NCBI GenBank assembly: GCA_026770705.1
Contig: JANJGN010000026.1
Location: 35,278,001-35,342,000 of the forward strand
Reading direction: 5' to 3'
Source of the DNA: Isurus oxyrinchus
Taxonomy: Eukaryota
DNA: 64,000 nt
Part shown: piece by piece, positions 25,130 through 40,717 of the stretch
Layout: the number at the start of each line of letters is the position of its first letter
How positions within the stretch are numbered: the first letter of the stretch is position 1
Made by a program: the position numbers and the translations under genes
The notes under the pieces: generated by a model
What the model was told of the DNA's origin: nothing
The model's input: the letters and a program-made list of their open reading frames with translations, nothing else
Database searches by the model: none

Positions 25130-27600
25130 GTGTAGGAGGATGCAGGGCATTGTGTTCCCATGTGCTTGTTGCCCTTAGTATTCTGGGAGGTGGAGGTCAC
25201 AGGTATGGAAGGTGTTGTTGAAGAGGCCTTGGCGAGTTGCTGCAGTGAATTCTGTGGATGTTACATACTGCAGCCACTGTGTATCAGTGGCAAAAAGAGT
25301 GAATGTTTAATTCCTGAATGAGGAGCCTATCAGGGGGTTGATTTCCCCTGGTTGGTGTGGAGGTTCTTGAGTGTTGCTGCAGTTACATTTGTCAAGGAAA
25401 GTAAACAATTTCCAACAGGCATTTGACTTCCAGATTTGCAGATAGTGAAAAGGCTTTGTGGAATCTGGAGGTGAGTTATTCGCCACATGATTCCCAGCCT
25501 CTGACCTACTCTTGTAGCCATAGTATTTATATGGCTGATCCAGTTCAGTTTCTGTTCAATGCCACCTGCACAACCTTGATTGTGGGTTTCAGTGATGGTA
25601 ATGTCTTTTGAACGTCAAGGGGAGATATTTGGTTCCTTTATTGTTGGAGTTGGTCATTGCCTGGCACTTGAGTGCTGCTTATATCACTTGCAACTTATCA
25701 GCTCAAACTTGTCCAGTTCGAGATGCAATAAGTAAGGACGGTTTCATCATCTGAGAGGTCATAAATGGAACTGAACACTGTGCAAATATGAGTGAACATT
25801 CCCACTCCTGACCCAGCGATGAAAGGAGGGTCATTGATCAAGCTGCTGAAGATGGTTGGACCAAGGACACTTCTCTGAGAGACTCCTGGAATGATGTCCT
25901 GGTGCCGAGATGATTGGTCTTCAACAACACAACATCTTCATATTTGCTAGGTGTGACTCCAGCCAGTGGAGAGACTTGCCCCTGATTCCCATTGACCTGA
26001 CACTTTCCAAGGCTTCCTGATACCAGACTCAGTTAATAGCTACTTTGAAATCAAGTACTGAAGCACTCATACATCATGTCTGGAAGTTCGCTCTCTTGTC
26101 CATGTTCAGACCAAGTTTACAATGAGCTTTGATGCTGGCTGATCCTGGTGGATTCAGTCTGAGCTTTGGTGGGCATTTTGGCGACACCTTCAGTCACTTT
26201 ACTGATGATTGAGAGTAGACTGATTGAGCTGCGAGCGGCGGACCTAATCTGTTGTCCATTATGTACATTATTCTATCTTCGCGCTATGGTTCATCAATTT
26301 CAGGTATGCCTGGTCTTGCTTCTGACCTGCTGGCCTACATTCCTCATTATTCCCAGGCTGGATGTTAGACTCAAAGACTCAGAGACGTTTACAGCACAGA
26401 TGGAGGCCATTCGGCTCATCATTACCGCCCCGGTAAACAAAGATCTGATTACACTAATCCCATTTTCCCGCACTTGGCTCATAGCCCTGGAGGCTATGGC
26501 AGCTTAAGTGAACATTTAAATCCTTCTTAAATGTTACTAGAGTTTCTGACTCAACCATCCTTTTGGGCAGTGAGTTCCAAATTCCTACCACCCCCTGGGT
26601 GAAAAAGATTCTCCTCAACTCCCCTCTTAGCCTTCTACCTCTTATCTAAAATCTCTGCTCTCTGGTTTATGACCCCTGTACTAATGGAAAAGGTGCCTTC
26701 CTATCCATTCTGCCCATGCCCCTCAGCACCCCCTCAAGCATCGTTCCCCAAGGAAAACAGCCCAGCATATCCAATCTTTCCTCATAGTTCAGATCTTCCA
26801 GCCCAGATAGCATCTTGGTAAATCTCCTCTGCACTCTCTCCAGTGCAGTCACATACTTCCTAGAAATGTGATGACCAGAACTGCAAGTAGTGCTCCAGTT
26901 GTGGCCTAACCAACGTTTTATAAAGTTCCAGCATAACCTGCCTGCTCTTGTGTTTTATGCCTCAGATAATAAAGGCAAGTAACCCATATGCCTTCTTAAC
27001 CACCTCATCTACCTGCTCTGCTATCTTTAGGAATCTGTGGATAGGCACACTCAGGTTTGAGTGAGGGATATTCTGGTCCATGAGATTACAGGGTGTGATT
27101 GAATGCAACTATCCTGCTGTTAATGTCCAACAATATCTCGTTGATGCTAAGTTTTGAGCTGCTAGATCTGTTCTGAATGTATCCCGTTTAGCACAGCAGC
27201 AGTGCTGCACAACACAATGGAGAATGTGCTCAGTGTGAATACCGGCCTGGGTTTCCGCAAGGACAGTGCAGGGGTCGATCACATTTATATCAATAGTGTG
27301 GTGGACCGGAGATCAGGTAAGGGTTTCCCTCGTGTTGGCTCTCTAACCATCTGTGGCAGGTCCATCCTGTCAGATACGTCGTTCAGGACTCATCCAGCTC
27401 CGGCATTCTTGGTCTTGTCAAATGGTAAATGATTTTGCAAATTCACAGCATATTCTTTGCCCTTGCTACCCTCAGTGTTTCTTCCACGCAGTGCTAAAGA
27501 TGATGGAGTACAGATTCATCAGCTGAGGGAGGGCAATAGGTGGTAATCGCCAGGAGGTATCTCCACCCAGATCTTATCTGGTTCTGTGGGACTTCAATAT
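25130..27600 (-). mobile_element. Decayed LINE fragments, with a CR1 3' piece nested at ~26370-27050
   Basis: GQRLGIMWRITHL..PQSL.TI.K on the minus strand; nested ALERVQRRFTKMLSGLEDLNYEERLDMLG. Confidence 0.75.
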
Positions 27601-28629
27601 GGTGTCAATATTGCTGCATTCCACCGTGTTTCTGTTAATATTACACTCAGCCTGTCTCATTGTTACTTCTCTAGTCCGTGATTCTGTTTCTGTAACACTG
27701 GACTCTGTCTCAGTTATTGCTGCTCTCCACCATGTCTCTGTTCATATTTTAATGGGCCTGTCTCTTTGTTACTGTTCTAGTCCATGTTTCTGTTTCTGTA
27801 ACATCAGGTCCTGTCTCAGTTATTTATGTAATTGTCCTCAGTTTATATTACATTAGTAAATTCCCTTACTTTATTGCACTAGACCCTGAAAATAGGAGTT
27901 AAATGGTTTAATTTAAACAGCTGCAAAGAAGAGAGGTCTGCAGATCATGAGCACAAATCTGGGCTGCAGGGAGGACAAGTTATAACAACTAAATAGGCCC
28001 CCATGTTAATTGTTCCCACCATCTTGCTGCCTTATCTTCACTATTTCCACCCCAGCCAATTTCCACATTATGGCATGTGTGTAGTGCAGTAATAGCAGAG
28101 GCAGGGTCTAATGTAATTTAAATACAGATATGATCTAGCACAGAACTGAGACAGTGGCTACTGAAATACAGAGACAGTTCTAGATTAATATATACAGAGA
28201 CAGGTCAATTATAATATAAACAGAGACAGGGCCTTGTTTAATAGAAGCAAAGACAGGATCTAGAGTAATATAAACAGAAACGGCATCCAGTGTAAAATAA
28301 ATAGAGACAGGGTCTAGTGTAACATAAACAGAAACAGGGTCTAGTGTAATATAAACCGGGGCAGGGCCTAGTGCAATATAAACAGAGACAGCGTCTCATG
28401 CAATATAAACAGAGGCAGGTCGAATATAATATAGAGAGACATGTTGAGTGTCATATAAACAGGGGCAGGGCCTAGTGCAATGTAAACAGAGACACTGTCT
28501 AGTGCAATATAAACAGAGACATGTTGGGTGCAACATAAACAGGAACAGGGCCTAGTGTAATACAAACAGAGGCAGGGTCGACTGCAATATAAACAGAGAC
28601 AGGGTCACGGTCGAATGCAATATCAAGAC

Positions 28630-29560
28630 AGGGTCTACTGTCCCATCAAACACTCCCAGGACAGATGCAGCATGGGGCTAGTCACAGAAATTAAAGCTAC
28701 CTCTACATTGTCACATTGAACACTCCCAGGGCAGGTACAGCACGGGTTGGACACGGTCTAGTGTAATGCATAGACAAGGCCCACGGCTCCATCAAACAGC
28801 CCCAGGGCAGATGTAGCATGGGGCTACATTAATAATGTAAAGTTCCCTCTGCATTGCCACATGAAAATCTCCCAATGCAGGTATAGCATGGGTTAGATTC
28901 AGAGTGAATCTCCCTCGACACTGTCGCCATCAAACATTCCAGGACAGGTGCAGCACAGTTCAGAAACAGGGTAAAACTTCCTCTACATTGTCCGCTCAAA
29001 CACAGTTGAGGCATGTAGGGTAAGGGTTCTATGCAGTGCAAGGTTTCCTCTGCACTCTTCATCAGACATTTCCCAGGAAGCTCGACACTAGGGGCAGGTA
29101 AAGAGGAAAGCTGCCTCTGCGTCATCACATCAAGTATTTCCAGGGCTTAGATAGGGGCAAATCCCCCTCTACAGTGTCTACAGCCATGTCAAATATAGCG
29201 TGGTTTAGATGCAGAGTAACACTCCCTCTAAACTACCCTATCAATTACTCCCAGGCCAGGTATAGCACAGTTTAGATACAGAATAAATCTCCCTCTACAC
29301 AGTCGTATCAAACACTCCCAGGGCAGTCACAGTGCAGGTTAGGTGCAAAGTAAAGCTCCCTCTACACTCCATCAGACACTCCAAAGGCAGGAACAGCATG
29401 GGTTAGATACAGGGAAAGATCCTTCGGCACGGCCACATCAAATCTACGCTACTGGCTGCAACACAGGTTAGATACAGAGTAGTTTCATCTGCAGTTTCCC
29501 ACCAAGCACTCTCAAGTCAGTGAATGCTCAAAACAGATTTAGAATAAAGTTCCCTCTACG
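28630..29560. repeat. ~67-bp tandem repeat (CACTCCCAGGGCAGGTACAGCACGGGTTAGATACAGAGTAAAGCTCCCTCTACACTGTC..ATCAAA)
   Basis: More than 10 degenerate copies; short patches also at ~12445-12550 and ~13150-13300. Confidence 0.85.
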
Positions 29561-31524
29561 GATTATAATCCATTTCAATAGATCAATTTAGTTTGAAGTG
29601 TATGAACCGGGCTGAGAAAATATATTGGCTAGACATTGACTTCATGTTGTGGAGTAAAGACAGTGACCCATGGTGGAGAGACAAGACAAAGTACCAGAGA
29701 GGAGAAAGAGACAGAGAGAGAGGATACAGGACATCCCTACAAACACATTTGCCATGACATTATATTTCATGATAAGTGGGAATCTTACTTAATTCTGAAC
29801 AGAGATATCATCGTGACATAATTCTCATTTAACTGATTTTAAAAATGCCCAAAAAACAATTGCTACTGAAATCGGTTGATGTATTTGCATGTTTGACTCT
29901 ATTTTTGTGCTATGTTGATGGGGAAATATTTACTGTGCTTTTGTGTATCCAGAATCTAATCTGGGACTTCTATTTCTGTGTTTATTTACATAAATGCCTC
30001 ACTGATTTCAATTAAGTGTTCATGGCAGCAAAACCAGATAAACACAGACACTTATTGATTGGTTTCAACTCAAAACAAGAGTTTATTTTAAGAATATTGA
30101 CAGTTGGTATAAAATTAATAGAAACATTTTCAACATCCATTAGAACAGATGTTATTTATTTCAAATAATTAAAAATACATTTAAATTAATAATTCAATTC
30201 TGAAAGTTCTACTGTCACAATCAATGATGAATATTTGAACAGGCTGGGATTACACTCAATGTCAATTTGTTGGAAGATTTAACCGATTAAAAATGGACAA
30301 TTTAAAACAGCAGCCAGAGGAGCGACCTATAATCATATTAATCTCAAAGTTTTCAACATATCACAACCAGCATTTTTAAATGTTAACATTTAGGAAGAAT
30401 TTACATTTATAGAACGCAGCTTACGACCCCATGAAATCCTAAAGCCCTTGAAATTCGCTGATGTACATTTGTTGAAGTTTAGTCACTGCTGTAATATTGG
30501 AAATCCATCTGGTGATTTGTGCACAGCAAGCTCCCACGAATAGAGCTGCAAAAAATGATGAGATAATATGTGATTTTAGTTGAAGAATGAATACTGGACT
30601 AGGATAGTGGGGAGAACAGTCCTGCTCTATAGATTGGTACCAAGGGAGATTTTGCACCTGTCATCAGCCTGAACGTTTGACCTGTTTCTCTCTCTATTGA
30701 TGCCCACTGACCTGCTGAGTGGTTATATTTTGCCCTGCTTTAGATTTCCGGAACCCGCAGTATTTTGCAGTGTTTTAATTCGTTCTTGGGATATGGGCAT
30801 CAATGATGAACTAATTCTTGCACTTGGCCCTGTCTCAGTTTATTCTAGTCCAGACCATATATCAGGAATCACTGCACTAGACACTGTCTCAGTTTATATT
30901 AATTTAGACCCTGTATCATTAATTGCTGCAGTGGACCCTGTCTCAGTTTACATTAATCTAGACCCTGTGTCAGTCATCTCTGCACTGGACATTGTCTGAG
31001 TTTATGTTAATCTACACCCTGCATCAGTAACCACTGCACTAGGCCCTGTCTCAGTTTCTATTAATCTCGACCCTGAATTAGTAATGACTGCATGGACATT
31101 GTCCGAATTTATATTGATCAGGACCATGTATCAGTAAACACTGCACTGGACCCTGTCTCAGTTTCTATTAATCTTGACCCTGTATTAGTAATGACTGCTC
31201 TAGGCCCTGATTCAGTTTATATTAGTCCAGACCTTCTAACAGTAATCATTGGAAAGGACACTGCCTCAGTTTATATTGATCCTGATCCTGTATCATTAAT
31301 TACTACACCTGTCTCAGTTTATATTGATCCTGATCCTGTATCATTAATTCCTGCACTATAGCCCCTGTCCTAGTTTATAATAATCTCGTCCCTGTGTCAG
31401 TAATCACAGCACTCGGCCCTGCCACAGTTTGTATTAATCTAGATTCTGTGTCAGTAATCACTGCACTAGACACTGTCTCACTTGATATTGATCTAGACCT
31501 GTATCAGTAATCAGTTTATACTAT

Positions 31525-32610
31525 CACAGAATCACAGAATCACACAGTGCAGAAGAGGTCCTTTGGCCCATCGAGTCTGCACAGACACGTGAAAAACACC
31601 TGACCTACCTGCCTAATCCCATTTATAGCACTTGGCCCATAGCCTTGAATGTTATGATGTGCCAAGTGCTCATCCAAGTACTTTTTAAAGGATGTAAGGC
31701 AACCCACCTCCACCACCCTACCAGGCAGCACATTCCAGACCATCACCACCCTCTGGGTAAAAAAGGTTTTCCTCAAAAGCCCCCTAAACCTCCTGCCCCT
31801 CACCTTGAACTTATGTCTCCTTGTGACTGACCCTTCAACTATGGGCAACAGCTGCTCCCTATTCACTCTGTCCACACCCCTCATAATCTTGTACACCTCG
31901 ATCAGGTCTCCCCTCAGTCTTCTCTGCTCCAATGAAAACAACCCAACCTCTCTTTATAACTTAAATGTTTCATACCAGGCAACATCCTGGTGAATCTCCT
32001 CTGCACCCTCTCCAGTGCATCACATCCTTCCTATAATGTAGCGACCAGAACTGCATATGGTACTCAAGCTGTGACCTCACCAAGGTTCCATACAAGTCCA
32101 ACATGGCCTTCCTACTTTTGTAATCTATGCCTCGATTGATAAAGGCAACTGTCTCATATGCCTTTTTCACCACCCCACCAAGATGCCCCTCCGCCTTCAG
32201 AGACCTATGGACACACACGCCAAGGTCCCTTTGTTCCTCAGAACTTCCTAGTGTCATCCCATTCATTGAATATTTCCTAGTCAAATTACTCCTTCAAAGA
32301 TGTATCACCTCGTACTTTTCAGTGCTAAATTCCATCTGCCACTTATCTGCCCATTTGACCATTCCATCTATATCTTCCTGTAGCCCAAAACACTCAACAT
32401 CACTGTTAACCAACCGGCCAATCTCTGTATCCTCCGCAAACTTACTAATCCTACCCCACATGTAGGCATCTACTTTCGTTTATATTAATAACAAATAATC
32501 GGGGACCCAGCACAGATCCCTGTGGTACTGGACCCTGGCTTCCAGTCACTAAAGCGTCTTTCTGTCATCACCCTCTGTCTCCTACAACTAATCCAATTTT
32601 AGAATTATAT
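31525..32610 (-). mobile_element. CR1-clade LINE 3' fragment inserted in the satellite
   Basis: FSLEQRRLRGDLIEVYKIMRGVDRV, EQRDLGVCVHRSLK, LVRSQLEY; (CACAGAAT)n tail. Confidence 0.92.
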
Positions 32611-35600
32611 TCTTCCCTGCCTCAGTTTTTATCAATCTAGACCCTGTATCTGTAATCACCGTACTAGACGTTGTCTTCCTTACATTACTTTAGAGCATCA
32701 GTAATCACTGCACTGTGCCCTGCCACAGTTTATATTGAGCTAGACCATGTATCAGTAGTCTCTGCACTAGATCTGTCTCAGAATATAATAATCTAGATCC
32801 TGTATCTGTAATCTCTGTACTTGAGGCTCTCTCAGTTTATATTAATCTAGATCTTGTATCAGTAATGACTGCACAAGGCCCTGTCTCACTTTATATTAAT
32901 CCAGACCCTGTATCAGTAATTACTGCACTTGGACCTATCTCAGTTTATATTGATCGGGACACTGTGTCAGTAATTACAGCAATATGGCCTACCTCAGTTT
33001 ATATCAATTTAGACCCTCTATCAGTATTCAGTGCACTTGGCCCTCTCTCTGTTTCTATTAATCTCGACCCTGTATCAATTATCACTGCATGAGGCCCTGC
33101 CTCAGTTTATATTAATCTAGGCTCTGCATCAGTAATCGCTGCACTGGACATTGTCTAAGTTCATATTGATTGAGACCATGTGTCAGTAATCAATGCATTC
33201 GGCCCTGCCACAGTTTATATTAAGCTAGATGTTGTGCAATATGCCAGGCGTCATTTTGTTTATCAATCGAGACCCTGTATCAGTAATCACTGCACTAGAC
33301 CTATCTCAGTTTACATTAATTTAGTCCCTGCAGCAGTAATCACTGCCCGAGCCCCTGTCCCAGTTATATTTATCTGGGCCCTGTGTCAGTGAACACTGCA
33401 CCAGGCCCTGTCTCAGGTTATGTTAGTTCAGACCGTGTATCATTAATTACTGTACAAGTGCCTGTCTCAGTTTATATTAATCAAGGCCCTGTTTCAGAAA
33501 TCACTGCACTTGTCCCTGTTCTGGTTATAATAATCTGCACCCTGAATCTATAATCATTGCACTGGGCCCTCACTCAGTTTCTATTACCCCATACCCCGTA
33601 CCAGTAATCACTGCAATATGCCCTGCCTCAGTTTATGTCAATCTCATCCCTGTATCAGCAATTACTGCAATTTTCCCTACTTTAGTTTATATCAATCTAG
33701 ACCCTAAATCAGTAATCGCTGCACTAGGCCATGCCTCAGTTCATATTAATCGAGACCATGTATCAGTAATCACTGCACTAATCACTATCTCAGTTTTATT
33801 TTTATCAAGACCTAGGATCAGTAATCACTGCCCTAGACACTGTCTCATTTTATACTGATGTACACCCCGTAACTGTAATCACTTCAATGGACACTGTTTC
33901 AGTTTATATTGACCCTGATCCTGTATCATTAATCACTGCACTATCCCCTGTCCTAGTTTATGTTAATCTAGTCCCTGTGACAGTAATCACTGCAATATGG
34001 CTTGCCTCAGTTCATATTAATCTAGACCCTAAATCAGTAACTGCTGCACTGCGCCCTGACTCAGTTCATATTAATTTAGGCCATGCATCAGTAATCAGTG
34101 CAACGGACACTGTCTCAGTTTATATTGATATTGATCCTGTATCATTAATCAATGCACTAGCCTCTGTCCTAGTTTATATTCACCTCGACCCTGCATCAGT
34201 AATCACTGCACTATGCCCTGCCTCCATTTTTATCATCTAGACCCTGTATTAGTAATCAGTGCACTAGTCTCATTTTACATTAATCTAGACCCTGTATCAA
34301 TAATCACTGCACTGGCCACTGTCTCAGTTTATATTGATCCAGACCCTGTATCAGTAATCCTGGCATTAGAGCCTGTCTCATTTTATATAAATCAAACCCT
34401 GTATAATAATCAGTGCAATGAGCACCCTCACTTTATATTGTTCTAGATCCCGTATCGTTAATCACTGCACGAGCCGCTGTCCTCGATTTTATTTATCTTG
34501 GCCCTGCAACACTAGTCACTGTACTATGGCCTGCCTTAGTTTATATCAATCCAGGTCCTTTATCAGTAATAACTTCGCTGGACACTGTCTCCATTTATAT
34601 GAGTCCAGACCCTGTGCCAGTAATCACTGCACTGGCCCTTATCCCAATATATATTTATGTCAACCGTCTCTGTTTATACTGATCTGGACGCTGTGCCAGT
34701 AATCACTGCACTAGACCCAACATCAGTTTATATCAATCCATATCCTGGATCAGTAATCACTGCACTAGTCCCTATCTCTGTTTGTATTGATCTGGACGCT
34801 GTGCCAGTAATCACTGCACTAGACCCAGAATCAGTTTATATGAATCCATATCCTGTATCAGTATTCACTGCACTAGACCTTATCTCAGTTTAAATGAGTC
34901 CAGAACCTGTATCAGTAATGACAGTTCTAGAGAATGCCTCCACTTATTTTAGTCCAGACACTGTAACAGGAATCACTGTTCTAGCCCCTGTCCCAGTTTA
35001 TACTTATCTAGTATATCACTGCACAATGCCCTGTCTCAGTTTCTGTCAAGCTAGAGCCTGTATCAGGTATCACTGCAATAGACCCTATCTCAGTTTATAT
35101 TAATCAAGACCCCGTGTCAGTAATCACTCCACTGGACACTGCCTCAGTTTATATTGATCTAGACCATGTATCAGTAATCACTGCACTAGACCCTGTCTCT
35201 GTTTTTATCATCTAGACCCTGTATCAGTAATCATCACACTAGGGTCTGTCTCAGTTTATATTAATCTAGACCCTGTATCAGTAATCACTGCACTGGACAC
35301 TGTCTCAGTTTATATTGATCTAGATCATGTAGCAGTAATCACTGCACTAGACCCTGTCTCAGTTTATATTAGCCCTAGAGCCTTGTTCAGTAATTACTGC
35401 AATATGGCCCGCCTCAGTTCATATTAATTTAGGCCATGTATCAGTAATTACTTCAATGGACACTGTCTCAGTTTATATTGACCCTGATCCTGTATCATTG
35501 ATCAATGCACTAGCCTCTGTCCTGCTTTATATTTACCTTGGGCCTGCATCAGTAATCACTGCACTAGGCTCTGTCTCATTTTATATTAATCTAGACTCTG

Positions 35601-38600
35601 TATCAGTAATCATCACACTAGGCTCTGTTTCAATTTATGTTAATCTAGACCCCGTATCGGTAATCACTGCACTGGACACTGTCTCAGTTTATATTGATCC
35701 AGCCCCTGTATCAGAAATCACTGCACTAGGCTCTGTCTCAGTTTACATTAATCTAGACCCTGTATCAGTAATCACTACACTAAGCCCTGCCTCTGTTTTT
35801 ATCGTCCAGACCCTGTATCAGTAATCATCACACTTGGCTCTGTCTCAGTTTATGTTAATCTAGACCCTGTTTCAGTAATCACGGCACTGGACACTGTCTC
35901 AGTTTCTATTGATCCAGACCCTGTATCAGCAATCACTGCAGGAGGCCCAGTCTCAGTTTATATTTGTCTCGGCCCTGTATCAATAATCTCTGCACTGGAC
36001 ATTGTCTGAGTTTATATTAATCTTGACCCTACTTCAGTTTTCATTGCACTGGACCCTGTCTCAGATTCTATTGAACTAGACCCTGTATTAGTAATGACTG
36101 CACTGGACATTGTCTGAGTTTATATTGATCAGGACCATGTATCAGTAAACACTGCACTAGAACCTGTCTCAGTTTCTATTAATCTAGCCATCTATGTCGT
36201 TTATATAAATGCCAAATAATAGGGGACCCAGCACAGATCCCTGTGCTACGCCACTGGACACTGGCTTCTAGTAACTAAAGCATCCTTCTGTCATCATCCT
36301 CTGTCTCCTACAACAAAGCCAATCTTTGAATTATATTCTGCCCTGTCTCAGTTTTTATCAATCTAGACCCTGTATCAGTAATCACCATACTTGGCCTTGT
36401 CTCAGTTTACATTAATTTAGAGCCTGCATCAGGAATCACTGCACTGTGCCCTCTGCAGTTTATATTAATCAAGACCCCGTGTCAGTAATCACTGCATTGG
36501 ATACTGCCTCAATTTATATTGAGCTGGGCCATGTATCAGTCATCTCTACACTAGACCTGTCTCAAATTATATTAATCTAGACCCTATATCTGTAATCTCT
36601 GTACTTGAGGCTCTCTCAGTTGATTTTAATCTAGCCCCTGTAACATTAATCGCTGCAGTAGGCCCTGTCTCAGTTTTTATTAATCAAGACCTGTATCAGT
36701 ATTCACTGCAGTAGAAACTGTCTCAGTTGATATTGATCTAGACCCTGTCTCAGTTTATATTGATCCTGGTCCCACATCTGTTATCTCTGCACCAGACTCT
36801 GTCTCACTTTACATTAGCCCAGTCCCTCTATCAGTAATCACTGCACTAGATCCAGTCTCAGTTTATATTAATTTAGTCACTGCAACAGTAATCACTGCAA
36901 GAGCTCCTGTCGCAGTTATATTTATCTGGGCCCTGTATCAGTGAACACTTCACCAGGCCCAGTCTCAGTTTATGTTGGTTCAGACCCTGTATCAATAATT
37001 ACTGCACAAGACCCTGTCTCAGTTTATATTAATCAAGACCCTGTTTCAGTAATCATTGCACCCGACCCTGTTCTAGTAATAATAATTTGTACCCTGAACC
37101 TAAAAGCACTGCACTGGACTGTTTCTCAGTTTCAATTAATCTGGACCCTGTACCTGTAATCACTGCACTGGACCCTGTCCCATTTTTCTGCACCCAATCC
37201 TGTAACACAAATCATGGCACTCGGCCTTGTCTCAGTTTATATCAATCTAGGCCCTGTATCAGTAATCACTGCACTAGATCCTACGTTTTTAAAACAATTT
37301 GGACCCTATATCAGCAATCACTGCACTTGAGCCTCTCTGAATGTATATTAATCTCGGCCCGGTATCAGTAATCCCTGCACCATGCCCTGCCTCAGCTTTT
37401 TTTTAATGAATCTAGACCCTGTTTCAGTTATCCCTGAACTAGGCCCCATCTCGATATCTATATTAACCTAGACCCTGTATCAGTAATCACTGCCCGAGTC
37501 CCTGTGCCAGTTATATTTATCTGAGCCCTGTGTCAGTGAACAGTGCACCAGGCCCTGTCTCAGGTTATGTTAGTTCAGACCGTGTATCAGTAATTACTGC
37601 ACAAGAGCCTGTCTCAGTTTATATTAATCAAGACCCTGTTTCAGTAATCACTGCACTCGTCCCTGTTCTGGTTATAATAAACTGCACACTGAATCTACAA
37701 TCACTGCACTTGCCCTCTCTCAGTTTCTGTTAAGCTAGACCCTGTATCAGTAATCACTGCAGTAGGCTCTGCCTCAATTTATATTTATCTCGGCTCTGTA
37801 TCAGTAATCACTGCCTTGGGCATTGTCTGAGTTTATATTGGTTGAGACCCTGTATCAGTAATTACTGCACAAGAACCTGTCTCAGTTTATATTAAGCTAA
37901 ATCCTGTGCCTGTAATCACTGCACTAGAACATGCCTCAGTTTTTATAAATCTAGATCCTGTATCAGTAATCAGTGCAGTCGGCATTGTCTGAGTTTATAT
38001 TGATTGAGACCCTGTATCAGTAAACACTGGACGAGACCCTGTTTCAGTTTATATTAATTTAGTTCCTGTATCAGTAATCGCGGCACATGGACCTATCTCA
38101 GTTTTTATTGATCTGGACACTGTATCAGTTATCAATGCACTAGACCTTGCCTCAGTTTATATTAATCTAGGCTCTGTGTCAGTAATCACTGCACTGGACA
38201 TTGTCTGAGTTAATATTGATTGAGACCATGTGTCAGTAATCACTGCACTGGGCCCTGTCTCAGTTTATATTGATCCTGATTCTGTATCGGTAAGCATCAC
38301 ACCAGACCATGTCTCAATTTAGATTAATCTCAACCCTGTATCAGTGATCCTGCACTATGCCCTGCCTCAGTTTTTATCATTCTCCACCCTGCATCTGTAA
38401 TCACTGCACTAGGCCTGGTCTCAGGTTATATTAATCTACACCCTGTGTCAATCATCAATGCATTAGATCCTGCATCAGTTTCTATTGATCTCGACTTTGC
38501 ATCAGTTTTTTCTGCACTAGGGCCTGTCTCAGTTTATATTTATCTGGACCCAGTATTAGTAATCACTGACTATGGTCTGCCTCAGTTTATAACAGCCTAG

Positions 38601-40717
38601 ACCCTGTATCTGTAATCACTGCACTTCGCAGTGTCTCAGTTTTCACTAATCAAGACCGTGCATCAGCAATCACTGCAATGAACACTGTCTCCATATATAT
38701 TGCTCTTGGCTATGTATCACTGCAATATGCACTCCCTCAGTTTATATCAAATAGACCATGTGTCAGTAATCACTGCACGAGACCCTGTCACAGTTTATAT
38801 TAACATAGAGCCTGCATTTGTCATCACTGCACAATGCCCTGCCTCAGTTTATATCAATCAAGACCCTGTATCAGTAATCTCTGCACTAGGCCCTGTCTCC
38901 ATTGATATTGATCTAGATCTTGTATCAGTAATCACTACAAAGGACACTGTCTCAGTTTATATTGATCATGATCCCGTATCATTAATCACTGCACTAGCCC
39001 TTGTCCTGACTTACATTTATCTAGGCCCTGTCTCAGTTTATATTAATCTGTACCCTGTATCAGCAATCACTGCACTATGCCCTGCCTCAGTTTTTTTTTA
39101 AATCAGTCTAGACCCTGTATCAGTAGTCACTGCACTAGGCCCTATCAAAGTTTATATTAATTTAGCCTCTGCAGCAGTAATCACTGCCCGAGCCCCTGTC
39201 CCAGTTATACTTATTTGGGTCCTGTGTCAGTGAACAGTGCACCAGGCCTTGTCTCAGGTTATGTTAGTTCAGACCGTGTATCAGTGATTACTGTACAAGA
39301 GCCTGATTCAGTTTATATTAATCAAGGCCCTGTTTCAGTAATCACTGCCCTCGTCCCTGTTCTGGTTATAATATTCTGCACCATGAATCTATAATCATTG
39401 TACTTTGCCCTCTCTCAGTTTCTATTAACCTGAACCCTGCATCAGTAATCAATTCAATATGCCCTGTCTTAGTTTATATCAATCTAGACACTAAATCAGT
39501 AATCGCTGCACTAGGCTGTTCCTCAGTTCATATTAATCTAGACCATGTATCAGTAATCACTGCACTAGACACGATCTTAGTTTTATATTTATCAAGATAT
39601 TGGATCAGTAATCACTGCACTAGACACTGCCTCATGTTATATTAATCCAGACCCTGCATCTTTAATCACTGCACTGGACCTTATCTCAGTTTATACTGAT
39701 GTACACCCTGTAACCATAATCACTTCAATGGACACTGTCTCAGTTTATATGATCCTCATCCTGTATCATTAATCACTGCACTAGCCTCTGACCTAGTTTA
39801 TATTGCTCTTCTCCCTGTGTCAGTAATCACTGCACTAGGCCCTGCCTCACTTTATTTCAACCTAGACCATCTATCAGTAATCACTGCATAAGGCTCTGTC
39901 TCACTTTATATCAACCTAGACCTTCTATTAGTAATCACTGCACTAGGCTCTGTCTCAGTTTATATTGATCTAGACCCTGAATTAGTAATCACTGCACTAA
40001 GGCCTGCCTCAGTTCATATTAATCTGTCCCTAAATCAGTAATCGTTGCACTAGGCCCTGCCTCAGTTCATATTAATTTAGGCCATGTATCAGTAATCACT
40101 GCAATGGACATTGCCTCAGTTTATACTGACCCTGATCCTGTATCATTAATCACTGCACTAGCCTCTGTCCTATTTTATATTCACCTCGGCCCTCTATCAG
40201 TAATCTCTGCACTATGCCCTGCCTCAGTTAACATTAATCTAGACCCTGTATCAGTAATCTCTGCACTATGCCCTGCCTCTGTTTGTATCATCTGGACCCT
40301 GTATCAGTCATCACTGCACTCAGCTCTGTCTCAGTTTATATTGATTCAGACACTGTATCAGTAATCATTGTACTAGCCACTGTCCTCATTTTTATTTATC
40401 TAGGCCCTGCATCAGTAATCACTACATAGGGCATTGTCTGAATTTATATTGATCAAGATCCTGTATCAATAAACACTGTCCCAGTTTATATTAATCTAAA
40501 TTCTGTGTCTGTGATCAGTGCACTTGAGCATATCTCAGTTCATATTAATCTAGATCCTGTATCAGTTATCACTGCACATGAGCCTGTCTCAGTTTACATT
40601 AATCTAGACACTGTATCAGTAAGCAATACACTAGGCCCTGTCTCAGTTCATGCTAATCTAGACCGTCCATTAGTAATCACTGCACTAGGCACTGTCTCAG
40701 TTTATATCAATCTGGAT